From NCBI GenBank assembly GCA_018304165.1, contig JAGVWS010000034.1:1-56801 (forward strand): a DNA stretch of 56,801 nucleotides, read 5' to 3'. The stretch is from Candidatus Pacearchaeota archaeon. Its GTDB lineage: Archaea; Nanobdellota; Nanobdellia; Pacearchaeales; GW2011-AR1. A model generated the notes under the pieces. That model was not told where the DNA came from and ran no database searches. It saw only the letters and a program-made list of their open reading frames with translations. Position 1 is the first letter of the stretch, and each line of letters opens with the position of its first letter. A program made the position numbers and the translations under genes. Shown piece by piece: positions 8,649 to 17,700 of this stretch.

Positions 8649-9566
8649 TTACTTCCGCCCAACCTTCCCGTTTATCTCCCTTCTTCTATCCTTATTAACA
8701 AATCTTATACTCTTAATTCTTCCTTTATCCTCATCTATTTCTAATAAAGTATTAACTCTTCCTCCAAAGCCTGCATTAATTGCTGTTGTTCTTCCGCTGG
8801 CCATTTTCTGCTTTCCAAAATGCTCATGCATATGTCCCCCGATGCAGGCGAGGGGTTTGTACTTCTTTATTGCTTCCTTAGCTATAACTGAACCGAAGTG
8901 CTGGCCGTGCCTTGGTGATAATTTATTGTTTATTAAGTCAAGCTTAGTATTGTAAGGAATATTATGCGTCAGGAAGACAATTATTTTGCCCTTTCTCTTG
9001 GCTTCGTTAAATAATTTTGAGAGTTTCTTAACATTCTTGATGTATGCTTTCTTCCTCTTGTTTAATTCTTTCTTATTGTAATTTTTAATATCTCTTCCTT
9101 GAGGATATTCCGGCCCGCTTGTTATTCCGTGGCCGATAAATCTAAAACTTTTCCAGTTTTTTGCTTTAAGATGAAGGTCGTGAATGTTTTTTAGCCCTTT
9201 GATTAAGTAATTTTTGTACCAGCTTCTTCTCAATACTCTCATATGTTCTCCGGAGTGAGATGTCCAGTCCCAGTTGCCGGGAGTTATGAATACCGGCTTA
9301 TTTAATGAATTGAGAAATTCAAGGACTCTTCTGCCGTCTCTTAATGATTTTTTGAGCATTTTTACAGCTTTTCTTCTTCCTGCAAGGTCATACCATTCAA
9401 TATCAATCTTTTCATTAAGCCATAACTTTAATGACTGAAACATATATTTTCTTGGAGCATCACTGCAGAAATCTCCCGGCGCTATTATTGCATCAAAGTC
9501 GCGGGGCTTGAAATAGAACTTTGGCATAGCTCCGTGAAGGTCGCCGATGATTAGGAACTTGGTCAT
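8649..9566 (-). CDS. Calcineurin-like metallophosphoesterase
   Basis: IIGDLHG, GDF, GNWD, THN.P, GGHMHE metallophosphoesterase motifs in order. Confidence 0.8.
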   Translation of the reverse strand: MTKFLIIGDLHGAMPKFYFKPRDFDAIIAPGDFCSDAPRKYMFQSLKLWLNEKIDIEWYDLAGRRKAVKMLKKSLRDGRRVLEFLNSLNKPVFITPGNWDWTSHSGEHMRVLRRSWYKNYLIKGLKNIHDLHLKAKNWKSFRFIGHGITSGPEYPQGRDIKNYNKKELNKRKKAYIKNVKKLSKLFNEAKRKGKIIVFLTHNIPYNTKLDLINNKLSPRHGQHFGSVIAKEAIKKYKPLACIGGHMHEHFGKQKMASGRTTAINAGFGGRVNTLLEIDEDKGRIKSIRFVNKDRRREINGKVGRK

Positions 9567-9611
9567 TGGGAATTAAGAATTATGGAATATAAAAAGATGA
9601 TGTTTGAGAAG

Positions 9612-10016
9612 TTATGCACTCATGTGCAAAAATTCTTCTGGTTTTAGAATTCTAATTCCGCGATATTCTTTTAAGTTTAAGAGGTGTTTGTCTTGGCTAA
9701 TGATAAATTCTGCCTTGCCTGCCACAGCTGCCTCTAAAAATTTATTGTCATCAGGATCCTCTTTAATTACTTCTAATTTTTCAGAAGAATAAGTAATTGT
9801 AGAGTTTTCAATAATGAGATTTTTCCATTCTTCTATTATCTCTTCAGGCATCTGGATTTTGAAGTTACTTAAAGTTTCAACTAATTCTTCTATTATTTCT
9901 AAAGAGCTAATCATCTCAAACCTGCCGTTTTTCCAGTTATCAATTATTATCGAACAAAAATTACCACTCCAAAATATTCCTGAGATAAATATATTTGTAT
10001 CCAAAACAACCTTCAT
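9612..10016 (-). CDS. PIN-domain toxin (PIN_3-type)
   Basis: VVLDTNIFISG N-terminal acidic motif, DPDDNKFLEAAVAGKAEFIISQDKHLL C-terminal motif; overlaps upstream antitoxin gene by 4 nt. Confidence 0.75.
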   Translation of the reverse strand: MKVVLDTNIFISGIFWSGNFCSIIIDNWKNGRFEMISSLEIIEELVETLSNFKIQMPEEIIEEWKNLIIENSTITYSSEKLEVIKEDPDDNKFLEAAVAGKAEFIISQDKHLLNLKEYRGIRILKPEEFLHMSA

Positions 10017-10273
10017 CTTCTTCTGACATCCTTTAAAGCTTCTTCTATGTCTGCTTCTTTTAGACCATTATTTTTTGCCAAAGCTCTAGTCTTACCAAGA
10101 AGTTTTTCAAATCCCCTAAACGAAGGCATCTCTATCTTTTTAAGAATTATAGTACTGCCTTCTCCAATTATAACAAACTTCTCTCCATCTTTAATCTTTA
10201 ATTTCTCTCTCAATCTTTGAGGTATAACTACCTGTCCTCTTGAGCTGAGGCTTGTGATTTCTATGCTTTCCAT
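10013..10273 (-). CDS. AbrB/SpoVT-type antitoxin
   Basis: LSSRGQVVIPQRLREKLKIKDGEKFVII is the swapped-hairpin AbrB/MazE motif; 86 aa. Confidence 0.8.
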   Translation of the reverse strand: MESIEITSLSSRGQVVIPQRLREKLKIKDGEKFVIIGEGSTIILKKIEMPSFRGFEKLLGKTRALAKNNGLKEADIEEALKDVRRR

Positions 10274-10371
10274 TATTTAATTTCTAATAAGTTTATCTTA
10301 TTAGTAAGATTAACTTACTTATAAACCTTTCTGTTATAAGTACAGAATATAAAAAGATAATGTATAAAAAC

Positions 10372-11295
10372 TCAAGTCGCCTTTAGATTAGATATTCTCA
10401 TTAATCTAACTTGGCCGATTCTTCGCCATTCTTCCTGGACAGTATACTGCAATAATTTTTCAGGAGCTCCATCATCTTCAACATCAACTCTCACGAATGT
10501 TCCGTAATCAAACTGCCTCGCTGTTTCCAACGTTTCTGGGTCTATTAATTCAAATCTTCCAAGATTTCCGGGATTTATTACTATGCAAGCCTCCCCATTT
10601 TTCTTCTCTATTCCGTTTACTCCCCCTACTCCGTTGAGATTATTGCCGTTTGGTCCTGCTTCATGGATGTGTCCACTTAATACTAGTCTTAAATTATTGT
10701 CTTCTTGTAGATATCTTCTGGATGTTGGAGTTCCTACATGTTTTCCATTGTGCATATCATCACATAAGCCATAAGGTGGATTATGAATAACGGCTATCTG
10801 GGGGTTTTCTTTTTCTAAAAGAGTCCTTAGTTCTTTTGGATCAAATAACTGTATTTCTCCCATCCTATAAAGCGGAACTAAGTTTCCTTGGCCAATCCAG
10901 TCGTCATCAAGGTTTCCCCCGCCGCCATAACCGGCCACTGTTATTCCTTCAAGATTTAATGCCTTATTATGTATATCTTTATCACCAAATACTTCTCCAA
11001 GTGGCCCGTCATAATTTCCGGGTATTGTAGTATAGGGCATTCCGGATGCGTCAAGAATTCTTTTATATTCTCTTAAAATTCCTTCATTATGGGTTCTTTT
11101 GGCTTTTCTAAATTCTTCTACATCTCCGCTCTTTAGTAGTTGCTGCCATGCTAATAGAGTGTAAGGTCTTAAAGACAAGTCTCCAACATGAATTATTCTG
11201 CTATTTTTTAATCCTTCGGCCTTCATGAAGTCCACAGCTCTTGCTACTGCTTCCAAATCGTCGTGTGTGTCGGATATTGCATATATGTGTTTCAT
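10372..11295 (-). CDS. Calcineurin-like metallophosphoesterase
   Basis: YAISDTHDD, HVGDL, GNYD, IHNPP, SGHIHE motifs. Confidence 0.8.
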   Translation of the reverse strand: MKHIYAISDTHDDLEAVARAVDFMKAEGLKNSRIIHVGDLSLRPYTLLAWQQLLKSGDVEEFRKAKRTHNEGILREYKRILDASGMPYTTIPGNYDGPLGEVFGDKDIHNKALNLEGITVAGYGGGGNLDDDWIGQGNLVPLYRMGEIQLFDPKELRTLLEKENPQIAVIHNPPYGLCDDMHNGKHVGTPTSRRYLQEDNNLRLVLSGHIHEAGPNGNNLNGVGGVNGIEKKNGEACIVINPGNLGRFELIDPETLETARQFDYGTFVRVDVEDDGAPEKLLQYTVQEEWRRIGQVRLMRISNLKAT

Positions 11296-11353
11296 TTGAG
11301 TGTTGTAGTTATCTGATATATAAAAAGGTAGTGATTATAAAAAATGAAGTTCC

Positions 11354-12904
11354 TTACTTTCTCCTCTTATATATCACTCCGATTATCACCAGAATTAATA
11401 AGAGTATCAGTATTAAAAATATTGTCAGCAAGCTTGTTGTTTTACTGGATTTAGTGCTTGCCGAGGTTTGAGCTTCCTGATTTAACGCAATAGTTTCAGT
11501 CCTTCTGGTTTCATCCTCATCATAATACAGCCTGTTGTTCAAAGCTAAGTCGTTATCCTGGAATTCTCCGCCCCTTATAATGCCGCTTCCTAAATTATTG
11601 CCGTCATTGGTTGTTGTTGAGCCATCCTTGACCTTGACGCTTATAGTGCCTGAAGTTGATGATCCTTTATTATCGCTTACAGTAACAGTTATTTCATATC
11701 GCCCCTTGTCGCCGTTTTCAGTCCTCCACTCGCAATCGCTTCCAAAAGGTGCACTGCATGAGGTTGTTATGAAATCTCCGTCCGGGTCATATGCATCAAC
11801 ATTAATTCTGAACAAGTCACCTTCTTCCCTCCCGTTATAGTTCAGGGAGTTAATTACCGGTGCTCTATTGGTAATGTTAGTCATGTTTGTTTGGTTAGTC
11901 TGATTTGTTATATTTGACGGCCTTGCCGTGATTGTGATATTGACGAAGTCCATTGTTAAGTTCTTTCCGTCGCTGGCTGTTACATTGATTCTATAGTTTC
12001 CTGCGTCTCCTGCTCCTGTCTGCCATGCCCCTGAATTATTGAATGGTGAAGTGAAAGCTACATTTATAACATCATTGTCCTGGTCGCTTGCTGTGTATCC
12101 TATCTGTATGAAGTCTCCTTCGTAAGCGCTTATTGAAGTATTGAATAGTGTGAGTATTGGAGCCCTGTTGGTAATGTTAGTCATATTTGTCTGGTTTGTC
12201 TGATTGCCTGTCTGATTGGTCTGATTAGTTGGAGGGATTGTCTGGTTTGCATCAGTTATTACCAACCTCTGTCCTCCGATGCTTGCCTTTGTTAAGCTTC
12301 CATGCGCTACTCTCCCGCCAATGTAAGTTGCAACATAGCCATCATCTAATTTTACTCTTCTGTCAGGTGTTATTGCAGATTGTGTTGAGAATATTGTTTC
12401 CGGCCCAAGGCTGCCATTGGAATACAGCTTTCTGGCAGTTATCTCAAAATAATTAATATGCGAGTTGCCTTTTGCTGCCGCATCCTTTACCTTTGCACCC
12501 CATCCAACGACAACATAATCATAGGAGTAGTCATTTGAATGAAAAGACCAACTGTTCAGGAATATGCTCTTGTCAATCTTGTTTTTGTCCCCGAGAACAA
12601 ATTCCCTCTCTAAGCCAAGGCTGCCGTCATTTCTTAATTCTCTGGCTTTGACAACAATAGGCTTCATGACATATGCCCCGACTTTGTTGACACTATCTCT
12701 GTCAGGATTATAACTCATGCCAATTCCCAGCCCCGTTATAACATAATTTCCCGGGAGTGTAACTTTAGCTTCATCATAAACAGTTAATCCTGATTCTTTC
12801 ACCTGGAATTCTCCAAGATAAGCTGCAGCACTTACAGCGCTGACTGATAGAATTAATGCCAATGAAACTGCTAAAAATAACAAACCCATTCTTAGTGGAA
12901 CCAT
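11354..12904 (-). CDS. Secreted, C-terminally membrane-anchored surface protein with two Ig/PKD-like repeats
   Basis: N-terminal signal peptide and C-terminal TM+KRRK. Two repeats each begin TNQTNQTNMTNITNRAP and contain D.D.D and G.Y.I.VT.SD motifs; the DNA repeat is also visible at ~11870 and ~12160. Confidence 0.7.
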   Translation of the reverse strand: MVPLRMGLLFLAVSLALILSVSAVSAAAYLGEFQVKESGLTVYDEAKVTLPGNYVITGLGIGMSYNPDRDSVNKVGAYVMKPIVVKARELRNDGSLGLEREFVLGDKNKIDKSIFLNSWSFHSNDYSYDYVVVGWGAKVKDAAAKGNSHINYFEITARKLYSNGSLGPETIFSTQSAITPDRRVKLDDGYVATYIGGRVAHGSLTKASIGGQRLVITDANQTIPPTNQTNQTGNQTNQTNMTNITNRAPILTLFNTSISAYEGDFIQIGYTASDQDNDVINVAFTSPFNNSGAWQTGAGDAGNYRINVTASDGKNLTMDFVNITITARPSNITNQTNQTNMTNITNRAPVINSLNYNGREEGDLFRINVDAYDPDGDFITTSCSAPFGSDCEWRTENGDKGRYEITVTVSDNKGSSTSGTISVKVKDGSTTTNDGNNLGSGIIRGGEFQDNDLALNNRLYYDEDETRRTETIALNQEAQTSASTKSSKTTSLLTIFLILILLLILVIIGVIYKRRK

Positions 12905-13178
12905 TACTACTTTAAAGTTTCAATGTATTTATAAACCTTTCTATAAAGTAGTAACTTAAAAGTTACATAAGATATAATTATCTAAATGGGCATTAGAAAG
13001 ATAGCTCTAACATATATAACCTATAACAGCCATAAAATAGCCCATTAGAAAACAATTAATGTATGACACTTACCTGCAACTTAAACTGCTTTATTAAGCC
13101 CTATTAGTTGGTTTGAACTGATTATAAGTTATCTACTTGGTCTGATTATTGCCTAATCACCTAAGATAATCAAGGCTC

Positions 13179-14537
13179 TTACTTCGCCTTAATTATAGAT
13201 CCTGCTCTTGAGAAAATAGATTCCTTATAGACCTTGACTTTCTTCTGGAGAGAGCTTTCCTTCTTTTTCTTTACTCCGAGGATTCCCAGGGAGATCAGTA
13301 CCATGATAACTATAATTATGACTACAATTATTACAATGGGCCATATTGCTGCCTTTGATATCCCTCCTGCGCCTCTTATTCCTCCGCCTTCCCCGGCGGC
13401 TCCTTCCTCACCAATAACCTCTCCGGTAATTCCTCCCGGGGAAAATAACGGGCTTTCTAAAGGAGTTATTGTTATTTCAACTGTCTTCTTTATTATGTTT
13501 ACTGACTTGAGCCTTACAGATATATCATTTTTTCCGTCAGAGTCAAGGTCAAATTCCCTTGTATCACTGACGCTCAATGTAACTATTTGTTCAGTACTCT
13601 GAACTCCCATAGTTGCTGTTGTGTCAGTAAGATTGATGAGTCTTACGCTGTGGTTTACTGAATTCATTGTAAATACAGCCTTCTCATTCTTTGCTAATTC
13701 AACTGTCTTTGCTGCAATGAGAGAGCCAAGATCATACTTAGTAACTCCGCCCCCGCCCCCTCCCCCTCCTCCGCTTGAGCTTGAGCTTGAAGTTGGGCAG
13801 TTAGTGCATGTTACTGTACTGCTCGTTGAGTCGCTCTTTGTAGCCACTCCCCCCGTGCCCGTCGCTGAAGCAGTTATTGTGTACTGGCAGTTTCCGGAGG
13901 TTCCCTGAGTTACAGTCCATGTTCTTGAATTTTTGCTTCCGTCAGTCATTCCGCTTATTGTTTTCTGTGAGCTCTGGCTTCCTATGCTGCATCCTCCTGA
14001 ACTTACAGAAAATGTAAGTGTTACGTCAATGCTTCCTCCTGCGGTGACTTCAGCAGTTGAATCAAAATTTGCACTCATTGCTGCACTTGAAGCAGAGTTG
14101 TTAACAGCAACAATTACATTTATTATATTGACATTTACATTCTCGTCAGCCACAAAGGTGTCCGTAACATCATCAAGGGTTATCTTCTGGAAGCCGTTGC
14201 TTCCTGACGTTGTTGCTCTAAGCCCTGTAAATGTCACTTCAGCTGACTGTCCTACTCCTATCTGTGAATTGGTTGCCTTTGGATAGTTTGAGCTCTCAAG
14301 CCAATTGCCTGAATCCGGATACAGAGTTGCAGTTCCAAGTGTTCCCGAAGCATCTCCATTATTCTGCACCTGAGCAGTGCATGAAAATGCTTCATTAGTT
14401 GCTGCTTCGCTTGGGGTGCATGAAAATGCAGTTACCTGAAAATTAGCCGCGGCGCTTGCCAGGCCGGATAAACCTATTAGTATTGCCACTAATGCTATGG
14501 ACTTCGCTAAATTATATTTCTGTGTTTTTTGCAACAT
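13179..14537 (-). CDS. Secreted, membrane-anchored Ser/Thr/Gly-rich surface protein
   Basis: Signal peptide (LVAILIGLSGLASAAA), SSSSSGGGGGGGGG linker, C-terminal TM (IWPIVIIVVIIIVIMVLISLGILGV) and basic tail. Confidence 0.65.
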   Translation of the reverse strand: MLQKTQKYNLAKSIALVAILIGLSGLASAAANFQVTAFSCTPSEAATNEAFSCTAQVQNNGDASGTLGTATLYPDSGNWLESSNYPKATNSQIGVGQSAEVTFTGLRATTSGSNGFQKITLDDVTDTFVADENVNVNIINVIVAVNNSASSAAMSANFDSTAEVTAGGSIDVTLTFSVSSGGCSIGSQSSQKTISGMTDGSKNSRTWTVTQGTSGNCQYTITASATGTGGVATKSDSTSSTVTCTNCPTSSSSSSGGGGGGGGGVTKYDLGSLIAAKTVELAKNEKAVFTMNSVNHSVRLINLTDTTATMGVQSTEQIVTLSVSDTREFDLDSDGKNDISVRLKSVNIIKKTVEITITPLESPLFSPGGITGEVIGEEGAAGEGGGIRGAGGISKAAIWPIVIIVVIIIVIMVLISLGILGVKKKKESSLQKKVKVYKESIFSRAGSIIKAK

Positions 14538-14625
14538 TTTATGTTATTGTGATAAACTTGTTTTATGTTTTTGTTAATCTTTTATGATGCGCCTTATGCA
14601 TATTTCTTTAACCTGCTCTGTTTAT

Positions 14626-14722
14626 CTATTATAGTCAAGGAATTTAATAGTTGAACAGTCAGTCATTGGCTATCAAAGGAAAGACATGGTATCTTAGTTA
14701 ATTATTTACGTCTTTCACTATA
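14626..14722 (-). repeat. ~97-bp copy of the promoter + first 13 codons of the membrane-protein gene at 43788-44465 (gene-start remnant)
   Basis: About 85% identical over the central 75 nt to 44447-44521; reads MTDCSTIKFLDYNR-stop versus MTDCSTTEVFDYNK... in the intact gene; contains GAAAGACGT/ATGTCTTTC inverted repeat around an AT-rich core. Confidence 0.75.
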
Positions 14723-14766
14723 TTTATTCATATTTAATCTTATTTATCTTTTATAATTACATCTCC

Positions 14767-17700
14767 TTATGATGTTACATTTATCTTGAATGCAGCATAT
14801 GCACTTCCTGTATTCCAGTCTCTGTCCCAGCATGACACCTGCAGCGCATAATGCTGTGCTGTTAACGGAGCATTATTTGTCGGGTCTGTTGTGTTGAATG
14901 TATAAGTGTGTGTGGTGCTGTCAGTACTAAATCCTGTAGTTCCATATTGATACCAGTAAGTATAATTGGGCCCGCTGCTCACAGAGCGATAGTCCCTGCT
15001 CACATAATCATACTTGTAATAAGAGCCATTAAAGTTATACTTAGTGTAATTGCATGATTCTATTAACCCATTAAGTGTAGTCCCATTAGCGGATTCTGTT
15101 GCATTAACACAGGAATTCCATGCACGGAACCTGTCATAGTCCGTTAAATAAAGATTGCAGGTAGCAGTCTTGCTTGTAGTTGCGCTAACGCTGAAGTTAT
15201 TTCCTGTAAATGTTGAATTAATTGTGGGGCTTGACAGGGTTACATTTGGAGGAGTGAAGTCCTTTACCTGCATATAGCCTCCCTTTATCGTAGCGCTTCC
15301 TTCGCTTCCCGAGACGCTTACTTTTATTCTGTACTCTCCTTTAGTCCAATTGCTTGCTCCTCTGGATATCTTTATAATGCCTCCGGTGTTGTTGCTTACC
15401 TGTGAGCCTCCCCCAACCAGGCTCCATGTTGCTGAAGTGTAAGTTCTGCACCACTCATCCCAGCAGTTTGATGAAGGAGCAGAATATTCTACATTAGTTA
15501 TATTAGCAGCTACATTCCCATATGATACATTTCTTACATACAATCTTATTGTCAGGTTATCGTTAGGCGCAAAGTAGTACTTCCAGTTTCCATTTTCATC
15601 AACATTTGAATAATAACCATTATATAATTCCCTGGCATCAATGTAAATTCCATACCAGTCCTGCAGAACTGCTGTATCATCAACTTCAGTCCATTCTGCA
15701 TATAGATAGTTAGATCCTACAGTCCAGCCGGTTGATGGAGCATAGATGCTTATTGTTGTGCTTCCATTTACTTTGCACGCCCCTGAAGTCCACGAATTAC
15801 AGGTTGATATTCCATTGGTGCTGTTTGCCTGAACAGTGAAATTATATTCTTCCTTTGAGCTGCTCCACCCTCCACCGCTGCCGCCGCTTCTCCACTGGTA
15901 GATTTTAGTTAAGTTGCCTTGTTCTACTCTGGAAGTGTTAGTGCCCCCGTATAAATTTACGCTTACATTGAAGTTTTCATTAGTCTTCTTGCTGTTTCCC
16001 CCGCTTACAGAGCCCCATGTTATAGAAAAAGGAACTGTCCTGAAAGAAATCCACCCATTCTGTGTCAGGTTGTTTTGCGTATCGTTAACAACTACATTAA
16101 GGTAGTGGTATCCACCCCAGCTCCCGCTGCTCCACTTCCCCGTGGCTGGGTTCGGGCATAACTGGAAATTTGTCTGGTTCCTGAAAGAAGAATTGCTGTA
16201 ATTAGTATAAGCAGTTCTTGAACTGGACATTCCTGTCCAGACATCTTCATATACTCTTTGTATTGTGTAATTGCTGTTCAAAAGAGTACTGGATGCCCAG
16301 GATGGCTCATATACATAAAGTGTTGTATTAATGCAGTCGCTTCTTCCTATCTGGTAACTGCTCGTGCTTATAGAAATTCTAAACGGCTTGACGCTGAAGT
16401 ACATCCACCCCGTTGAAGTATCTCCGTCAGAGCCGTTTAACACTATCTCTCCCCAGTACCATCCGCTTGGCCAATTTCCCCCGCCATAAGTTATATTTAC
16501 TTTGGCAGTTCCATTAATCTGACTTGGAGTTATATTAAAGTCTCTTAAGTAAACAAGCTCTTTATTTTGATATGTTGTATCATCCCAATATCTAAGGCTT
16601 GCATTGGTTATGGTTGTATTCAGATAATCTGAAGCGTTATAACTGGATCCCCACCCCTTATAGCTCTTTACAGTTGTTATGTTATAGTATCTTGGCTCGT
16701 TGTTCTTTATTTCATAGTGCCAGTAATTATTGTCTCCAGAAACATTTGTCGGCCTTGTATCAACATAGAATGCTATGGTATTAAACCAGGCATATCCTGT
16801 TTCTGTTCCATTCACATCCAGAACTACATTATAATATCCTGTTCCCCAAGTTCCGCTTGTCCTGTTTATGCGGAGAGTGTAATTGGTGCTTTGGTTGGCT
16901 GCGCTGGAGCCCCAATACCATTGGTTTGACTGATTTACTGCAATGGTGTTTGAAACGAACTGCGACGAATTAAGATCTTTGCAGGGCCAGCTCTTGCAGT
17001 CCTGTATTTTCTTGACCCCTATTGTTATATTTCCTCCAAGGCTTTCTCCGCCGCCATAAGAATAACTCCAGTCTCCTGCATTGGATATCTGCACATAGAG
17101 AGTTATATTCTCTTTGGAGTTAAAGTAAGACTTGTAATAACATCCCGAAGTACTGCACTGTATCGGGCTTCCGTAAGCATTCCACCTCTTTACTCCAAAC
17201 CATGCGTATCCATAATCGCTGTTTCCGTTGCTGTCAGTTCCCTTGAGAATTACTCTGTAATATCCTGTCTTCCAGTTTCCTTCCGGAGCATACTGGGCAG
17301 GAAGAGTTATTGTTCCCTGCCCTGTTGTTATGCTTGTTGAATTAACCATTGAATTATTGTAAGGATAGTTTATCGGTGGCCATACCCATTCTCCATCCCT
17401 TCCCTGATACTCAACTCTTTCAACAGACACTGTTCCGCTCAATCCTCCGCTCCCATAAGAGCCCCACCATCCCCTTCCGGCTTCATACATCTGCACTGTA
17501 AGAGTTATGTTTGAGGCGGGCCTGTTCTGCCATGTCTGGCTCCATCCATAAATATAGAATGACCTTGCTTCAAAGAACCCATAGAAATCATCCTGGGTTT
17601 GTCCATCGGGGCCAGTCGCCTTAATGAGCACGCTGTAGGTTCCCCCATCCCATTTATTAGCAGCCTGAACTGTGCAGGTATACCCTCCGGAACTATCGCT

